The translations under genes were made by a program, and so were the position numbers. Positions 23,680 to 26,223 of a stretch of DNA of 26,223 nt are shown here, piece after piece; within the stretch, counting starts at the first letter, position 1; every line of letters starts with the position of its first letter. This DNA comes from a virus (taxonomy: Duplodnaviria > Caudoviricetes), in IMG/VR virus record IMGVR_UViG_3300006867_000078, positions 1 to 26,223 of that record; one strand, given 5' to 3'. The notes below the pieces were generated by a model. It saw nothing but the letters and a program-made list of their open reading frames with translations. It ran no database searches and was not told where the DNA came from.

Positions 23680-23805
23680 CTTTTTGCGGAACCCACCTGT
23701 TTTGTTTTTCATCTGCTTGTACGTTTTAGCAGACACGGTGCTGTTCTTTTTGCTGCGGCTTGTACCCGCTTTTTTCCTGGCGTTCATATTACGGTATAGG
23801 CTCAT
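23677..23805 (-). CDS. 42-aa highly basic peptide
   Basis: Manual translation MSLYRNMNARKKAGTSRSKKNSTVSAKTYKQMKNKTGGFRKK*; AGGAG RBS; no acidic residues. Confidence 0.78.
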   Translation of the reverse strand: MSLYRNMNARKKAGTSRSKKNSTVSAKTYKQMKNKTGGFRKK

Positions 23806-23814
23806 CGTTAACTC

Positions 23815-24039
23815 CTAGTTAAACGTTGCGGGGGCTTCATCGTCAAACTGCGGCATGCGTTCCATGAGCTTGCCCAGGTCATTGTCTGGCTTTGGCACTG
23901 ACTCGATGTGATTATCCTTTAGAAACTTTGCGGCCACGCTTAGTTCTTGCGCAGTCGCTTCGCCTGACTCGATACGCACAAGAAGGTCATGCGCAAGCGC
24001 ATTGTGTAGGTCGTGCAGAGTTTTATCGTTATCTACCAT
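23815..24039 (-). CDS. terS: Terminase small subunit (T7 gp18-like)
   Basis: L..LH..LA..LL.RI.SGEATA.EL.VA.KFLKDN.I motif; upstream of terL. Confidence 0.9.
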   Translation of the reverse strand: MVDNDKTLHDLHNALAHDLLVRIESGEATAQELSVAAKFLKDNHIESVPKPDNDLGKLMERMPQFDDEAPATFN

Positions 24040-24040
24040 G

Positions 24041-24298
24041 TTATTCTCCGAGGTTCTTACGCACTTGCATGACGACGCCTAGGGCCAACATGCCGAGTGC
24101 GAACAGGGTCATGCTGCGAACTACAGTGGTCCACATAGTTCGCTTAGCGCTGCGCCAAGACGACAACAGTTCGCGTAGGTCATGCACGTCTTGGCCGCTT
24201 TCGTCGTCGTTAAGGTTTAAGCGCCGAAGCGTTTCATCTACGGCTTGCTTAGCAGCACGCTCTGCGATTGCAGCGATTTCCGCTTCAGTCACTTGCAC
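24041..24298 (-). CDS. DUF6127-like membrane protein
   Basis: AERAA..A...L..L.L.D..+..D+.DLR.LL..WR.AKRT.W.T followed by a C-terminal TM segment. Confidence 0.7.
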   Translation of the reverse strand: MQVTEAEIAAIAERAAKQAVDETLRRLNLNDDESGQDVHDLRELLSSWRSAKRTMWTTVVRSMTLFALGMLALGVVMQVRKNLGE

Positions 24299-24303
24299 CT
24301 CCG

Positions 24304-24510
24304 TTATCCAGTGAGCTTACGCGTAGCCGCAATGCGACCCCACAGGCCCACAGCCCCGGCCACAAGTGCTACGCCATCGAGAATCAGGCTGCTGATTTCG
24401 TCCTCAAACGGCCCAAGGTCAACGCCAAGGTTACGTGCTGCCACGCTTCCAAGCATGACCAGAACGGCCCATACGGTTTTGCTGGCGTACCAGCTTTTGC
24501 TATCTGTCAT
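24304..24510 (-). CDS. Holin-like small membrane protein
   Basis: 68 aa with two hydrophobic segments, K.WY.SKT.W N-terminus and WGRI.AT.K C-terminus; occupies the T7 gp17.5 position between tail fibre and terS. Confidence 0.6.
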   Translation of the reverse strand: MTDSKSWYASKTVWAVLVMLGSVAARNLGVDLGPFEDEISSLILDGVALVAGAVGLWGRIAATRKLTG

Positions 24511-24525
24511 CGTCTTTGGTTCCTT

Positions 24526-26223
24526 TTAAAGTTTGCTCTGATAGTGTTCCGCGAGGGTCAACACGCCAGTCGTGGGGAGGGCGTTATTGTCCACCAGTGA
24601 CCGCCCGGTGATCCCGCCCCAGCGCCGTGTGGGTTTATCGAGGTCGATGGTTGGTGGGTTGGCCCCGGTGTAGGTCGCAAGGCTCGCGTCGGAGATAGCA
24701 CGGGGCCAGTAGGTGAAGCGGCGGATATGGCCGTTCATGTGCGCGGTGGTTCCCTGAGAGCCAAAAACTACTTGCGTCACGGAACTGGTCATCGCCGGGA
24801 TCGTTCCATGTGTCGTCACCGCACCGTCCACCGCATAACTGCCAGTAGTGCCATCTGTTCTCGTGCCTATCTTTACAGACAACGGGACTGTCATGGCGAC
24901 GTAAGCATCGCTCGCACTACCATTTACGTCGTCTCGCCACTGGAACCTCGATCCGTTCGTGGGGTCTAGCATCACAGCATGGCGAGGCGTGCTGCTATTG
25001 TTGTTATTGATTTCAAAGAACCGAGCGTAATCGTGGGTTGGACTTGAAATCGTAGCGTCAATCATTGTGGTCATTGTGCCCGTGTCAAACCCAAAGATAC
25101 TCGTGGCCAACGTGATGTCGTCGGCTGTGCGGGTAGCTGTGCCAGATGTCGCCGTGTTGGGAATGTGGCTTGTTGCCCCTTCGCCCTTTTCCAACTGTGC
25201 GCCCCACACCAAGATGTCAGTCCCGCCACTCGTGGCCTGTAGGATGCGGAAATCTAGCGCGGCTGACGCGTTCGTATTAGTGCAAGTTCTTGTGACGACT
25301 GCTCGCTGCCACTCTGACGTAGCGGTGAGATCAGGCAATGTTATAGCCCCCACGCCAGTTTCCACTAGAGCTAGCCGGAAAGAGTTTGGCGACGTCGAAG
25401 AGCCGGGCGTAGCTTTGTAGTACACGCTGGCCGTGTAAACGTCTCCGGAAGTAATGTTCAAACTGCCGATATTTAGGTTCACTTGTTTGAAAGACCCTCC
25501 ACCAAAGGCGAGCCTGTTTGCTTGCGAAGTCCCGTCTGGCGCTGTGCCGTGGTCGTCAGTCACCGTAAAACCGCCCGAGGTGATGAAGTAGCCAGCCCCA
25601 GTCCCCCCCACGTTGTCAGTGGAAGTCATCAAGTTCGTCCGCTCCTCCTCGACCAGTAGACCCAGCGGGTTGCCGGAGGCGTCAAACTCGACGCGGGGGA
25701 CTTGGGCTGGGCTGGCCGTGCTGGAGACGTACTGGCTCGGCGACCCCGCGACCTCAAACTGTGCGCCGGAGATTGTCACTGCGCCAGTGCCAGCACTGTC
25801 GTAACTGCCGCTCGCAGTAACGAAACTCGTGCCCACATCTACGAAAAACTGATATTTGTAACTTGTGTAGGCTGGATCACCCACCGTTATGCTGAAACGC
25901 CACCAATCACCAAAATCCTCGCGGGTCGCCTCAAGTATAGGAGGTTGCGTTGAATTTTTGTCGATCAAGCTGTAACTACCGTCTTGTGGCTTGATTTGCA
26001 GGTCAAGAACGCCAGCGGGGCTTGTTCCTCCAGTATTCAAACGCAGGAGACAGACCTGATCTGTGATTGTGTTCGATTGTTTTTTGATGAAAAGGCTCGC
26101 AGTGAACACGAGGTTACTAACGTTAGAGACCGTGCATTCAATACGTGAAAACGCGGTACTCGTGTCGTCCTTTATCGTCGTAGCGCTCGTCCCGCCAAAC
26201 GGGTCCGCCTGTCCAGTCGTGAG
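24526..26223 (-). CDS. Tail fibre / spike-type structural protein, C-terminal part (frame open to the window edge)
   Basis: Thr/Ser/Gly-rich beta-type sequence with two similar modules ending GAQ(F/L)E, plus PR.EFD...GLLVEE.RTNL and ATRTAD motifs. Manual translation shows no stop between 26109 and 26223. Confidence 0.75.
   Translation of the reverse strand, partial: LTTGQADPFGGTSATTIKDDTSTAFSRIECTVSNVSNLVFTASLFIKKQSNTITDQVCLLRLNTGGTSPAGVLDLQIKPQDGSYSLIDKNSTQPPILEATREDFGDWWRFSITVGDPAYTSYKYQFFVDVGTSFVTASGSYDSAGTGAVTISGAQFEVAGSPSQYVSSTASPAQVPRVEFDASGNPLGLLVEEERTNLMTSTDNVGGTGAGYFITSGGFTVTDDHGTAPDGTSQANRLAFGGGSFKQVNLNIGSLNITSGDVYTASVYYKATPGSSTSPNSFRLALVETGVGAITLPDLTATSEWQRAVVTRTCTNTNASAALDFRILQATSGGTDILVWGAQLEKGEGATSHIPNTATSGTATRTADDITLATSIFGFDTGTMTTMIDATISSPTHDYARFFEINNNNSSTPRHAVMLDPTNGSRFQWRDDVNGSASDAYVAMTVPLSVKIGTRTDGTTGSYAVDGAVTTHGTIPAMTSSVTQVVFGSQGTTAHMNGHIRRFTYWPRAISDASLATYTGANPPTIDLDKPTRRWGGITGRSLVDNNALPTTGVLTLAEHYQSKL

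Noticed and set aside
548-25953. All plus-strand ORFs in the track (e.g. 1216..1860, 9744..10322, 15425..16051)
   Set aside because: They lie antisense to well-supported minus-strand genes and show no recognisable motifs; treated as shadow ORFs.
1-26223. Conserved phage RNAP promoter series like T7's 23-bp consensus
   Set aside because: No convincing repeated motif was found by eye upstream of replication or structural genes; short matches such as CCTAAACG and GTAAGCAAT are too weak. A MEME run is needed.

Overview
This 26.2-kb window is part of a T7-like podovirus (Autographiviridae-type) genome, with essentially all genes on the minus strand. Read in transcription order (high to low coordinates) it holds: the end of a tail fibre/spike gene, a holin-like protein, a DUF6127-like protein, small and large terminase, then a ~740-bp repeat-rich non-coding region (probable genome-end junction). 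After that come small early genes, a MarR-like regulator, a tyrosine integrase, an intact attP (3' half of tRNA-Thr(CGT)), single-subunit RNA polymerase, SSB, endonuclease I, primase/helicase and family A DNA polymerase. These are followed by a Rap1a-like exported protein, 5'-3' exonuclease, DUF3310, class II ribonucleotide reductase, portal, scaffold, an endolysin-spanin cassette, major capsid and tail tube proteins A and B. The intact attP and the terL-to-early-gene junction indicate a circular or concatemeric, non-integrated temperate phage; an alphaproteobacterial host is my inference. The most unusual signals are: (i) early genes chained by a repeated GGGG-x-GCGTRATG junction and including a tandem paralog pair; (ii) mutually inverted ~28-30-bp repeat arrays around an AT-rich 13-mer core at the junction; (iii) a Rap1a-like immunity-type gene in the replication module; (iv) a lysis cassette between scaffold and capsid whose lysozyme has a catalytic-loop insertion and a holin-like tail; (v) a duplicated structured motif in the capsid leader. 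All family calls are from motif recognition by eye; no searches were run.
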